The position numbers were made by a program, and so were the translations under genes. The notes beneath the pieces were generated by a model that made no database searches, was not told where the DNA came from, and saw only the letters and a list, made by a program, of their open reading frames with translations. From Monocercomonoides exilis PA203 (Eukaryota; Protista; Preaxostyla), in the NCBI GenBank assembly GCA_001643675.2, contig LSRY02000034.1:930001-994000 (forward strand): a DNA stretch of 64,000 bases, given 5' to 3'. Positions 34,030 to 46,938 of the stretch are shown one piece after another. Position 1 is the first letter of the stretch, and every line of letters begins with the position of its first letter.

Positions 34030-36700
34030 CATCTCTCCGCGAGAGTTGTAGATGTGCATCTCCACAACACGGAAAAGGCGATTCTGTGGAAAGAGCTGTC
34101 GTTGAACCAGTTGAACCACGCGTTTGCCCACGAGCTCACATCTGCAGATGAGACATTCAACCGCTACAATGGCATGCACTACAAAGAAACTGGTATGCGC
34201 TTGCTGCAGAATCTGCTGTACCTCCCGTTCTATTTCGGTGCTGCTCCGCTGGGAAGCAAGGATACAGAGGTATTTGTGTGTGTGCAGAACAATGGAAAAC
34301 TTCCACTTGATTGGCAAATACGCGATCCATCAGACTTTGATGTGAGGGCTGAGCATTGGGTGGAGGAAAGAGATCTGAGGAAGGGGATGATGCATCAGAT
34401 GGGAGGGATGGGTTTGGGCGGAAATGGAGGTGGAGGAGCAAGTGGAGGAGAAGGAGGAGGAAATGATGATGATAATGGAGGAGACGGAAGTGGTGGAAAA
34501 CAAGGAGGAGCCAACGGAGTTGGAATGAGTGCAATTTCGATTGATCCGCGTGAGGGCCATCTTGAAACAGGAGAAGAATGTGTAGTGAGATTTTCGTGCA
34601 ACCACCACAGCGAGGGAATGCACCAGGCATCGTTCATCTGGCAGCTTCTGGGTGGCGGGAAGCAAGTTGTTTTGGAGATCGCGTGCCAGACGCTGAGTCC
34701 AACTGATGCACATGTTGTGTTTGAGAGTGGACGAGGCGCAGAGACGACGGCGATGCACTTTCTGGAGCAGATGCCCATCGGCGAGGTGGATGCACCAATG
34801 CAGTCGATCGTGCTGCGGAACGAAGGTGGGACGAGCATCGACTACAGACTCGACCTGACTGATGTGGAGCGGCTGAATGCATCTGCGTCTGATTTCCCTC
34901 TGTTTGAGTGTCCTGTCACGAGGGGGATTGAACCAGCGTATGGAAAGCGGATGATATACTAGCGCTTCTGCCCACTGATGCAGAGAGGGTACTTGTCGAT
35001 GATTCAGATCAAGCTGGGAAGCAGATACAGCTCGATGAGTGTGATGAATGCAAATGTTGGAGGAGCAGGAGGAAGTGATGGAACAGAAGGAATCACGCTC
35101 ATGAAGACAGCGCTCCAAGCGCTGCTGGCAGGAGACGGTTTCATCGCGAAGGAAGGAGCAGAGCCACTTGTGGATGAAAAAACGACAACAATTCCAGCTC
35201 CTCTTTCTCCGCTTCCTGGCCAGCTGTACTTATTGTCACATGAGCGAGTTGGCTTTGGGAGCGTGGCGGGTGGAAGCATCGAGCGGAGGCTGGTGTGTCT
35301 GGTGTGTCCGCGTGTGAGGAGACACCCTGCGCTGCAGAAGAGGGCGTGTGAGAAAGGAGAGAAGAGAGAAATTATATTAGAAACAGAAGAGAGTCGTCCG
35401 CTGATCAAGTCGGATGCTGCAATAATTTGACCGATCAGAGGAGAGATTGCAGAAGGAGAGAGATGTGTGTGTGTTGTGGAGCTGCATGCACCGATAGCTG
35501 CTCAGGTTGTGGATACTTCACTTCAGTGCAACATTAGAAAAGCGATGTTCACTTCCTTCATCTCGAATTCTTCAATTGCGAATCAGAATTCTTCATCGTC
35601 TTCTTCCATCAATGGTGTTGGTGCAAGTTCAGAAGTTAATCAAATCTTTTCCTATCATCGTTTCCCTTCAGCCCGTCGTTCATCTTCTGTGAATGGTACT
35701 TCTTCTTCATCTTCTGTTGTTGCATCCAACTTTAACTCAGGCAGCATTGATGATCATTCCATTACCGCCTCACTATCCACGCAGCACTCTCAACTGGGAA
35801 AAATCAAAGGACTTCCTTCTTCTTCGTATCCTGTGCCTTCTCAGTCTTCCTCTTCCTCCTCGCTGGCAATTGCCCCGCATCAACCAAGCATCCGCAAGCA
35901 GCCACCGAGAGTGAGCGTCATTGAGCGCATGAAGAAATCTCGGGGCATTCAAATAGCCACACAACTTGAGCAGTTCCGCACTGTCCTGGAAAAAGCGAGA
36001 AACGAAGAGAACCAGTTTCTGTTGGCGCTGGCGAGGCAGCCTGTTGATCCGCTTTCAGCAGCTGCTGCGTCAACACTGTAATCGCGAACATTGACCAGTT
36101 GCATTCAGCTCAATGAATCCACGAAGTAGGCGCTGGAGGGAGCAGCGCAGGAAAAAGAGGAACAGAAGATCAGGATTTTGCAAAAGGAGAAGGAGAAAGA
36201 AGCGTTCAGGATGTACAACCTCACCCCAACGACGTCTGCCACGAAAGGAACAACAAGAAAGAACAAAGGGAACTTGGGGCCGCTGAGAGAGTCGCGAAGC
36301 AGCAGTGCTGGAGGAAGGAGGATGACCGATGCAGCAGAAGTGAGCGGAGCGAATGTTCCTCTTCCTCCCTTGTTGAATCCGTCTTCTGGCTCTTCTTCTG
36401 GTTCTGGTTCAGTTTCAGTTCCATTGTATTCTCAGCAGGGAATAGTACAACAGGGGTCTATACAATCACAGGGAATTCAGGGAATTCAGTGGCTAATTCA
36501 AACTGGAGCAATGAACAAGCAAGGCAGCGCAGTTCGTTTGCCACCTTTGGGGATGCAAGAGCCAAATGAAGGGGGAAGAGGACATGAAGGGTAAATGTCG
36601 TCGAAGAAGAAGAAGTTTAGTGAATTGGAAGAGCTGTAGGATTTGGATGGAGGGATGAGTGGAAAGCTGGGCGAGTGAGAGGAAGATTGAGAATGGGATT
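34030..36700 (+). pseudogene. CFAP65: CFAP65 (CCDC108)-like C-terminal fragment with in-frame stops
   Basis: FYFGAAP..NNGKLPLDW..PSDFDVRAEHW..SIDPREGHL..MPIG..LRNEGG..FPLFEC resembles the CFAP65 Ig/ASH-like repeats. Stops at 34960, 35428 and 36079. Confidence 0.75.
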
Positions 36701-36871
36701 ACAGTTTCAGAGAGCCAGACCAGAAGATATTTTTGAGAATATTATTCAACAGTAGATAGTCCATACGATTTTGGGAGCTGAACGGGGCTTCTTCTCTTTT
36801 GCGAGTATTTCTGTATCAACCGCCGCTCAATGCAAACAGAAATACAAAGATTTCTTCTGTTTCTTCTCTTT

Positions 36872-37373
36872 TTCTTCTTCTTCTTCTTCTTCTTCTTCTT
36901 CTTCTTCTTCTTCTTCTTCTTCTTCTTCTTCTTCTTCTTCTTCTTCTTCTTCTTCTTCTTCTTCTTCTTCTTCTCCTCCTTCTTCTTCTTCTTCTTCTTC
37001 TTCTCCTTCTCCTTCTTCTTCTTCTTCTTCTTCTTCTTCTTCTTCTTCTTCTTCTTCTTCTTCTTCTTCTTCTTCTTCTTCTTCTTCTTCTTCTTCTTCT
37101 TCTTCTTCTTCTTCTCCTTCTTCTTCTTCTTCTTCTTCTTCTTCTTCTTCTTCTTCTTCTTCTTCTTCTTCTTCTTCTTCTTCTTCTTCTTCTTCTTCTT
37201 CTTCTTCTTCTTCTTCTTCTTCTTCTTCTTCTTCTTCTTCTTCTTCTTCTTCTTCTTCTCCTTCTTCTTCCCCCTCTCCTTCTTCTTCTTCTTCTTCTTC
37301 TTCTTCTTCTTCTTCTTCTTCTTCTTCTTCTTCTTCTTCCCCCTCTCCTTCTTCTTCTTCTTCTTCTTCTTCA
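36872..37373. repeat. ~500-bp (TTC)n microsatellite
   Basis: Directly visible. Confidence 0.98.
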
Positions 37374-37459
37374 TCTCATCATTATCAACTTCTTCTTTTT
37401 TTTCTTCACTCATATTTATCTCCAAGAAAAAAAATTTTTTTTGTTCCATCTTTTAGACA

Positions 37460-38330
37460 TCTCTGGGGAATGGAGAGCTTTTGCAGCTGGTTAACATTTG
37501 TGATTGGAATGTGGATGCTGTGTTTGTGTAGACGGTGGAGCTGCCGGCAGACAAGGCGGGGTATCTGAAAAAGCTTCTTGTTTCCTTCGAAGTGCAGCAG
37601 TCCTTTCTTCTCTCAGCACTTTTTGTATTATTTGCCTTCTTGACCATTCCAAAAGCGGAAAAGCGAAGAGAAGAAAGCAGCAGGAGATGAAAAGCCATCT
37701 TCATCTTCATCTTCGTCATCAGCGCCTGCGATTGACCCTTCGGATACGTCGGCGCTGGCGGCGTCATACACATCGAAAGGAGCGATGGACCACATCGAGA
37801 GGCGGCTGCGGATTATGATGCCAGATGCGACTGGGGTGTATGGGCGGCACATGCCGCTGTCGCTGCAGCTGCTGCTGTCGCCGCGGGCGCTGCAGACGCT
37901 GCGGGGATATGTTGTGGCTCGGCGGGCGGTGCTGTATGGGGGTGTTGTGTGTGCATACGATGTGGCGCTTTCAGCGATGCTTTCGGTTCCGCTGGTCGCC
38001 CCGCTTCCTTCGCTTGCAGCGTCGGTGGGCACGAAGTCGGGGAGCAAGCGGATCTTTGCAGCGGCAGATGTTAATGCGTTCCCGTCGATCTACGATCTGT
38101 TTGACCCGTCGCTGCTGCCGTCGGCGATAGCGCGGCTGGTGTCGCGATCGCCGCAGTCGAGGTGTGTGGAGGTGAAACTGGACGACGAAGTGATGGGGCG
38201 AGGGGTTACAGTGTGTGAAGTGGGGGAGAGTGTGGAGAAGGCTCTGGAGGCGGAGGGGCTGAGGGTGGAGGTTGTCGTTCTGTGGCCTGCAGTGATTGTA
38301 CAGGTTGTTCTTGAGGAGCTAGAAGAATAA
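37460..38330 (+). pseudogene. IQCH: IQCH-like fragment, copy 2 (best preserved)
   Basis: HMPLSLQLLLSPRALQTLR..LYGGVVCAYDVALSAMLSVPL..TKSGSKRIFAAADV..PSIYDLFD..VKLDDEVMGRG matches the IQCH TKSGSKRIF..PGIYDI..FKxDxE pattern. Confidence 0.75.
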
Positions 38331-38334
38331 TAAT

Positions 38335-38689
38335 TCGAAGAAGCAGAAGAAGAAGGAAAAGACATGGGAGGAGGAGATGACATAGAAGAAGAAAGAAGTA
38401 GCAGCAGAAGAAGGAGAAGAAAAAGAAGAAGAAGGAGGAGGAGGAGAAGGAGAAGAAGGAGAAGGAGGAGGAAGAGGAAGAGGAGGAGGAGGAAGAAGAA
38501 GAGGAAGAGGAGGAGGAGGAGGAAGAAGAGGAGGAGGAGGAGGAAGAAGAAGAAGAAGAGGAGGAGGAGGAGGAGGAGGAGGAGGAGGAGGAGGAGGAAG
38601 AGGAGGAGGAGGAGGAGGAGAAGAAGAAGAAGAAGAAGAAGAAGAAGAAGAAGAAGATAAAGAAGAAGAAGAAGAAGAAGAAGAAGAAG
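38335..38689. repeat. (GAA/GAG)n purine tract
   Basis: Directly visible. Confidence 0.95.
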
Positions 38690-40239
38690 CAATAATCGTT
38701 CCAGATGCTATATTTTTAATTATCTTTATTTGAATCTTCAACCAAGTCGTGTTCTGATTCAGAAGCGAACGATTCACATCCTCTTCATTAGCCATGCGCT
38801 TGTGCAAGTTGAGTGTCAGGCAGATATCACTGAACGACTCCAGGCCGCTCAACAGAAGCTCGACTTCTTTTGCCAACGCACTTGTCGTATCAGAGGAGCT
38901 TGGCCCAGACAAAGCAGAGAGTAGAGAAGGATACACCGCATTAGACAGCATCTTGCGGATAGGCAGCGTCAGATGCGAATAGACAATCACCTTTGTGGTC
39001 TTTGCCTGAGTGACTGGACAGAAGATGTGTTCAATGTATTTCATGCTAAGGTCAAAGTGCTTGTTCACTTGCTGCTCGTCGTCTTCGCTTTTCGGCTTGT
39101 TCGGTAGCACTCACTTTGCCTTCTGAATCAGCTTCTGCTTCTCGTTGTTTATCTTAAATGGAAACAGAACACGCCCAGTCGTCTGTTCAAAATCCATTCA
39201 TCTCCTCTCCAAGATGTCTGCTTTTTGCGTCATCATTCAGCTAAGCTTTGCTTCCGTACACCGATAGTAGCGAGATGCTTGGAAAGTCGCTATGATCTCT
39301 GCTCCATTTGTGATGTGCACAACTGAGCTGGAATGGTCCAGAAAAGCAAATAAATAAACTTGAGTCTCACATTTCACTTGCATTAATCATGTGATTGAAA
39401 AAGAATAAATAGTGGAAGAAGAATAATTATGACCAATTTGAGCTTCATGAAATGAGATCAAGCTTCTTTTCGCTGGCAGCATCAACACGTTTCTGGCATA
39501 ACATCTCCAAGAATAATTCTTTTGAAGAAAGTGCGCAAAAGGGCCAATACCAAACAGCTTATGTATTCTCTCACTGATGTTATCGATAGCCCGCGATGGC
39601 CTCCCATCGAATTCAAAACCTCTTGAAGCTTTAGCAACGGGTCTATTAGCTCGATACGCAAATGATCTTTATGATAGAAATGCTCAATATAATATATTCT
39701 TCTTCTTTTCCTTTCATTTGACACGTTATTTCTCTTCCTCCTTCAGAATCTTCAGAAACTTATTTTTCTTTTTCATGTTTCCAGATTATGAATTCAAATC
39801 TGTGTTTTTCAAAAGCATTGCTTCTTCTTCCAATTTCTATTTGAATGAGTAATTATTCCTTCTGCATTAACGATTACAGGTCAAAATTTTCTCGAATAAT
39901 ATGCAACCTTCATCAGCAGCATAGACAATTTTATATAACTTTTATCCCTATCAGTTGTATTTCAAAATGAAAGCAATGATCTCATTCACACCTTTCACAC
40001 GTCTTCTCCTGTAATTTTCTTCAATATCGTGTTTGTTCATAAAATCAAAAATATATTATTATTATGGATTTTTATTCAAATATTTTTTTCTTATTTTTAT
40101 TTTTTGCAATGTGATATAAATAAAGAATAAGTTTGGTACAGAATATGGATTAAAAAAAAATTTTTTTTTCGAAATTTTATTGTCGTGAAATTTTTAAAAA
40201 TAGATAAATGGATGTTCTGAAAAGCTGCATATTTCGACG

Positions 40240-41270
40240 TTGTCAACTTAATCTGAATTGTTTCAATTGTTACAACAAAAATTATTCAAATTGAGAAATT
40301 TTGCATTCAAAAAAATAAAATTTGCATTCATAATAATAATTTTAGCAAACAAAATGAGAACTTTTGCGTTCAAAATTGAAATTTTGCAAACAAATTTATA
40401 ATTTTTTCTAACGAAATAATAATTTTTGAATTCGAATTAATAATTGTTGAAAACCTAACAAAATTTTGTTCACTCTCTCACGAAATTTTGTGAAAATCAT
40501 TTTTTTAACATTTGAATCGGAAATTATTTTATGTAGCTTTTGCAGTTTGTGCAAATAATCCCTGACAAGATCAATATCTCAATAACAGCATGAAGGAAAA
40601 TTCTGATAATTTTCCTCAAAATATATCTCATCAAAACAAACTCACGTGACATACAAGACTTTCAGGATAGCTTAGCTTGAGCTCTGAAAAAATAATATTG
40701 ACAATTTTGGCAAAACTGAATTTAGAATTTTACAGAAATTTTCTAAATTATATTTTCAGAGCTCAAGCTAAGCTATCCTGAAAGTCTTGTATGTCACGTG
40801 AGTTTGTTTTGATGAGATATATTTTGAGGAAAAGTATCAGAATTTTCCTTCATGCTGTTATTGAGATATTGATCTTGTCAGGTATTTTTTGTGATGTCCG
40901 GTATTTTTTGCACAAACTGTATTTTCATGTGCGTTAAAAAAATTTTTGAAATGTTTTATATTTCCTGAAATTTTTAATAATTTCATATAATTTTTATTCA
41001 TATGATAACATTAGATATTTTCATTTCGAATGCAAAAATTTTTATTTCGTTTGATATTTTTTCATTTCGAACGCAAAAATTATTAATTTGAATGAAAAAT
41101 TATTCTTTTGAATGAAAATATTATTAATTCGTTAGCAAAATTATAAATTCGATTGCAAAAATTCTCATTTGGGTCATTTTTTTTGAAAAGTCGCAAACGT
41201 TTAACTGATCTGAAAATCAGATCAAAAATGATCAAAAAATGTTGATCATTCCGTTTCCATTATATATTGC
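40240..41270. repeat. Older degenerate foldback with inverted ~21-bp tandem arrays hosting the MITE
   Basis: tttgcattcaaaa..-type units at 40280-40450 are mirrored at 41020-41170. A related end appears inverted at ~46590-46690. Confidence 0.5.
40543..40919. mobile_element. 377-bp Tc1/mariner-type MITE
   Basis: CAGTTTGTGCAAA...TTTGCACAAACTG followed by TA (the left flank is TG). Internal arms ~40562-40690 and ~40753-40882 are almost perfect inverted repeats. Confidence 0.8.
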
Positions 41271-41869
41271 AAAAAATTATTCAATTGAGTTTTATCACCT
41301 ATCCCCAAATATAGCGTTTCATTGAAACAAATTTCATATATTATTTTTACTGTTTAATCATATTTATGTTATTAAATATTATTGTCTTGTTTTTTTGAAG
41401 CAACTGAATAATTTGTTTATATTTCTATGTTTTCATTTCAACTGTTCGTATTGCACGTTTTGATTTTTTGAACAGAAACTCCTTTTCAATTATTTTCCTA
41501 TGTTTAATAACAGATAGATTTTCACTTGTTTTAATTTGAATATTTTGAAAAGAAATTATTAAATAGGAAATTTTCATCTTTTCTTTCCTCATTGAAATTA
41601 AAAGAAATTCAAAAAGTTGTTAATATTGAGCAGTTATTAAGGTTATAAGAAATAAATGAAGAATAACTTGTAATTTCTCAAAATTAAATGTTCTTTCATA
41701 TAAAATTCGAAAGAGAAATGGTCTCTCATGTTTTGAATTAAATCATGAGTCAGATCTTTAAAAGCTTACAAATACTCATTTGCTTTTTTGCTCATCTTTT
41801 TCTTCTCATTTCAATTCCCTTCCAAAAGAAATCTTGTTCCTTCTTTTCCATCAAATCAAGAAAGATGAG

Positions 41870-42730
41870 ATTTCGGTGATGATTGACGTTTCTAATTTGA
41901 ACATGGATCTTGTGTTTGTGCCACGAAAGACACTGCAATTTTGTGTGATGAGTTGCATCAAAAAGCTTCTTGTGGGAGTGGAAGCGATTCAGTTGTCTCT
42001 TCGCACAGCGCCTTTGTCTTCTTCGTCTTCTTCGAGTGGAGCAGCACGCAGATCTTCTTTATCATTCCTGGGTCCAATAAGAGAAGAGAAGAAGGTGACA
42101 GGGAATGAACAGTTATTAGCATCTTCGTCTGTACGTGCAATTTACCCTTCGGATGCCTCGAAGGTGGAGGCTTCATAAACGCTTGAAGTGGCATGGTTGA
42201 ATGAAATCGTTAGGCGGCTGAGGATAGTTGTGAAGAAAGCAGCTGAGCTGCAAAAGCTGCATGGTTATGAAGCTGTCACTGCTCCTGTCGGTGCGGATGT
42301 TGTATATGCTGCGAGGTTTCAGTGTTGGCTTTCAGTGCTCTGCTGAAGAGAACGTGCTGTGTCCGTTCAATGTGAAATATTTTTCATTAAACTTCTGGCT
42401 CTGCTCCCGTTTCTTGAGGACTTACCGAGAAAGATGTCGTCGAAGAAGCCGATATAAACAGCGGTAGATGTGGATGCGTTCCTGCAAAACTGCAATCCGC
42501 CTGATCCATCGCTGGCTCCATTGGCCATTGAATGGCTGTCGAACCGATAGAAGCAGTCGAGGCATGCGGAGTGATGAAGCTGGACAACAAAATGAGGATG
42601 TGAATGGTTGCAGTGAATGAAGCGGGAGAGATTGTGGAAAAGGCGCTGGAGGCGGTGGGACAGAGGGGCCGATGATGGAAGATGTGGTTCTGTCGCCTGC
42701 AGCGATTGTGCTGAATTTGCAGGAAGAAAG
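41870..42730 (+). pseudogene. IQCH-like fragment, copy 3 (highly degraded)
   Basis: NMDLVFV..KKLL..SSSGAARRS..PSDAS..MKLDNK..GEIVEKALEAVG is shared with the other copies. Confidence 0.6.
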
Positions 42731-45019
42731 AAAAGAAGAAGAAGAAGTTGGAAAAGGAAAAGGAGGCGAAGCTACTGGGCGGGCTGGCAGAGCAGCTGCA
42801 GGAGAAGAACAATATCTTCTTTTTCTTCAGGATTATTTCGAAGCTAAGCTAGATGTTCAATGCAGAGGTGAAGCAGGTGAAGGAAGTGAAGGAGCAGCTG
42901 GTGACGATGAAGGAGAAGGTGGAACTGATTTCGATGAGGATTGAGAAGTGAAGAATCGATGCGCGCAGCAGGGCGTGGTGGTGAGTTGGTACAGCAAGGG
43001 GTCGATGCAGGAAATTGAAGTTTCCCTTGCGACGTCTTCTTTGTTAATGTCTGTATGTGGACGAATAATTCTGTCTAATGCTTCGTTGATTCCGCTGTTG
43101 GGCTGTGTAAAAAGCACAAAGAGAAGTTTGAAGCGAGCATTGTGGTGGTAGCGCTGTGATGTTTGGCCCGAATTCAAGCTTGAAGGAGCTTTCTGTGAAA
43201 GTGGAGAGCCTGGCGAGTGCAGAGAGAGAGAGGCAAATAGTGGTGATGGAGGAGGAGACGGATGGGAAGGAACAAAGTCAGAGACAAGCAAGAGGTTGGA
43301 GAAGAACGGTGCTGAGGCCAGTGATGGCTGTGATTGTGGAGGAGGAGTGGATGAAACTGTGAGACAGAAGAGTAGCAAAATGGAGAATGAATAGAAGATG
43401 CTAATTGCGTTGTCGAAATTGCAGAAGCAGATGATAAGCATGCAGAAGGCGCTGTTCAATGAGGTGATTGTAAAGCAGCAGATGTCGTTTGCGCAAAAGA
43501 AGCAGGAATAGATGAATATTTAAGCTTCGTTTGAAGAGGTTGCTTAATGAACTCCCGGAAAGGTGAAGAAGCTGGAAGAACATGTGGTGCAAGTGGACTT
43601 TGGCGGGATCAGGGAAGGCGGGGCAGAGGAGAAAGGGGGTAGAGGGATGGATGGGGCGGGGAGGAGGAGGAGGAGGAACAGAAGCGGAGGGGGAGAATAC
43701 GAGGAGGCAGAGGAGGGGGGAAAGGCAGTAGAAAGTAATGCAAGAGCGCTATATGGGATTCCGTTGTTTCAGCACAACGATCCGAAGAGAGAGAGGGGGA
43801 TGATTGGATGTAAACTGTGGTTCAAACAGTGGCAAAGAAAAATGAAGGGAAGGCGAATGTTGTACAGTGACTGTTCATGCTTCTTGAGCATATGACAGAC
43901 AGCAGAGAACGTGAAGAGTAGGAGTGGCTTGTGACTTCGCCTGGTGGATCGGTAGCAGGGCTGTCTGGGGCAGATGAAGCGTTTGTTGAAGTTGCTGAAG
44001 ATAGGTCTGCAGTCGTAGCTAGTGTGGAAGCTGTCGTAGATTCTGTAGATATTCGGATACAAGATCGCAACAGACTAGGGCGTGTGCGGAGAGGCAGGGG
44101 TTTGGGGAGTTTGTGTTCATGTGGCTGGGGGAGAAGCAAGCGGTGCAGAAGAAGAGCGAAGCGGTGCTGTGGGCGAGGATGAATGGGGAAGAACTGTTCC
44201 GGATGGACTTTGCAGAGATGAAGCTGTTTGAGAAATTTGTGCGGAAAGAGTAAATTTGAGGTGAATTCTGGTTTTCCTGATAATTGAATGGTGTCAGAAG
44301 AGGTGTAGGAGAAGAGATTAAAATGTCTTTTGGTTGTTTGATGGGATACGGTCTGAGAAGACGTATGCAGATGCGTCTGTATTTATGGTGTTTCTACTGA
44401 ATAACTTCAGGGAAGAAGCAGCTTCCTGATATTTGCGTTTAAGTTAACCGGTGAGAGCCTCTATCGCGGTCTTTGAATTATGTGATTGTGAAGGCGGCAA
44501 GAGGTGTTGGTCAACTTGGAGTAGGATTTTCATGCAGTATCGAAGGTGACGTGGGAATGTTTTGGGCTGAAGCTGCATGTGCAGGTTGTACAGTCGGTGG
44601 AAGAGAAGAAAGAAGGGCGGTAGGCACTGTTTCATATTGCGCGGCTGCTAGAAGGGATGGTGAGGCTGCAGCTGTGGAGGATGCGCAGTCGATGGTGAAG
44701 AAAAAAGAAGTACAGTGTGTGCTTGTGCACTTCGTGAGAGATGAAGTTACACAAGAAAATGGCATTGTAGATGGAGTGAAAGAAAAATTTTTCAATAATT
44801 CATCAACATCTGTTTCTTCATTGCAAAAGAAAACAAATACTGAATGAAAGCGATGAAGATAAACAATGCGCTCAAATTATTTGGTGGATATTGGATGTAA
44901 TCAACCATCAAATCACCAAAAGAATATTTTCATCAGCGTTTTTATCTCGTCGTAACCTTCTTCTTTTCCCTCTTTTCATTCTTTCTTCAATGATATTCGA
45001 TCATTTTTGGAGAATTTGA

Positions 45020-45290
45020 GAGAAGAAGGAGAGTGAGAAGAAGGAGTTAGAAGAAGAAGAGGAAGAGGATGAGGAAGAGGAAGAGGAAGAAGAGGAAGAA
45101 GAGGAAGAAGAGGAAGAAGAGGAAGAAGAGGAAGAAGAGGAAGATGAGGAAGATGAGGAAGATGAGGAAGAAGAGGAAGATGAGGAAGATGAGGAAGAAG
45201 AGGAAGATGAGGAAGAAGAGGAAGAAGAAATAGAAGAGGAAGAAGAGGAAGAAGAGGAAGATGAGGAAGAAGAGGAAGAAGAGGAAGGGA
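45020..45290. repeat. (GAAGAGGAA/GAT)n purine tract
   Basis: Directly visible. Confidence 0.95.
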
Positions 45291-45299
45291 AGCCAAAAG

Positions 45300-46150
45300 A
45301 ATTGAAGCTACTTACGAATTCCTTGAGCAATTCTTGAATGATGAGCTTCCAAAAAAAACTGTTCCTGAAGTTGAGCTGTTAATCACAAGGACACAGCAAA
45401 AGGACATCTTCACTCTATCTGAAACAACTCAAATAAATACAATTTTTCCACAATTGCTAAGTTTGAATTAATAAGTGGTTGATGCAATTTATTTCAGTTT
45501 CATGCATGTAATTTCTATCTCATTTCCATTTAGCAGAAAAGATGGCTTCTTGAATGAATGGAACGTTATTGTGTAGTTGTCAACATGAAGAATTCCATTT
45601 TCTATCTTCAGCAACATTGAATTGAGAGCAATAGGCTGAATCATATCTGCTTCACAAACAGAAGAAACGTTTACAAATGAAAGAGAAAGCTGGCCATTTG
45701 CTTTTTGAATGATTAAACTTCCAGAATATGAAAAAAACCGAACAAAGTTGAATTTTTCACTTTCGATCCAAACATTCTCTGAGGTTGCAATGAGATTTCC
45801 CATATTGCCATCGATTGTTGAGTTCAGATGCACTGAAGCAGCTGACTGAGATTGCAACGAGTGGAAAATCACATCATTCGCTTAGCATTCCCCGTTCACG
45901 ATTGTTTCCTCCGAAACTAACAGCTGAGAATACGATGAAGGAATAATGTGTTGCACTCCCTGATTCAATGATCGACAAGGCATGTTGAACTCTCCACATT
46001 GCTCGCTGTTTGTGTCATTACCTGCAACTGAAGAAACAAATATTGCATCGCTCTGGTATTTTTAACAACCCTCAACAAAAGATCTTCTTTCCTCACAAAT
46101 GAGTCTAAAGTTCAGCTTCACATCGCCATTTATGTCATGTTAGGCTCTCC
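45300..46150 (-). pseudogene. Fragment of a beta-helix-type surface protein family
   Basis: Minus strand reads AGNDTNSEQCGEFNMPCRSL..GVQHIIP and ORF 45489-45872, interrupted by stops. Confidence 0.45.
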
Positions 46151-46744
46151 GTTATTAGCTTCGAATTTGTCAAGTATGAAAAAATGAATAATTTTATAAC
46201 AATTATTAAATATAACATTCATATAAAAGCTAAATGAAAACCTTTTGATAAGTATAATTTTCATCTTTATCAAACTTGTGGGAGTAATTTACGCAAATTT
46301 TAAAATTCCAGGCACATTCTGTGCAAAAAAATTTTTTAATCAAATAAGAATTTGATTTATCTACGAATCTCAGAATTTTGAAGATAGAAAATCGAAACAC
46401 ACCTTGATCATTTCATTGACAAACAATTGTAAAGTGTTTCAATCAAGTGAAACTCTTTTTCATCGAAAAAATGATATTTAAATTTTGATCAAAAAAATTG
46501 ATACATAATTATTTGAAAAAAAATATATCATCTCATTAAGAAGTTTGTTATGACCCAGCAAACATCGCCGTTAAAGTTTGATATTTTCATTTGTATAATG
46601 GTAACGGAGTGTTTTTTATTAACTTTCATGGGATGAATTTTTGATCTGTTGCGACTTTTCAAAAAGAATTACCCATTTTGAATAATTTTGGCATATTCAC
46701 AGAGAACGGGGCAGTTTTGATCTGACCCAGTATTTTTTTATTTT

Positions 46745-46918
46745 AAGGGTTAAAATTCCAAAATAATCACTGTATTAATTGCTTGGTTTAGGTTTTAGGG
46801 TTAGCGTAACAGATCTTGCGTTTAGGGTTATGTTCCCGCTCTTCTTTTTAGGGTTAGCACTCAAAAAAACTTGATCTTTTTTGGATTTTTAGGGTTAGGG
46901 TTTAGCCAGGTTTAAGTT
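46745..46918 (+). repeat. Cluster of telomere-type TTAGGG/TTTAGGG motifs (interstitial)
   Basis: tttaggttttagggttag, tttagggtta, ttttagggttag and ttttagggttagggtttag, all on one strand. Confidence 0.7.
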
Positions 46919-46938
46919 GAGTTATAAGAAAGAAAGCT

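Noticed and set aside
34030-36700. Stop-codon reassignment (TAA/TAG=Gln, as in some oxymonads) explaining the broken ORFs
   Set aside because: All three stop types interrupt, and the TAG at 34960 falls where CFAP65 has Trp. The Gln-rich 2627-aa ORF has no in-frame TAR, and intact genes end in TAA.
36742-38692. Poly-Lys/Phe/Leu/Ser/Arg ORFs (also at 44976-45330 and 62945-63442)
   Set aside because: They are translations of trinucleotide microsatellites.
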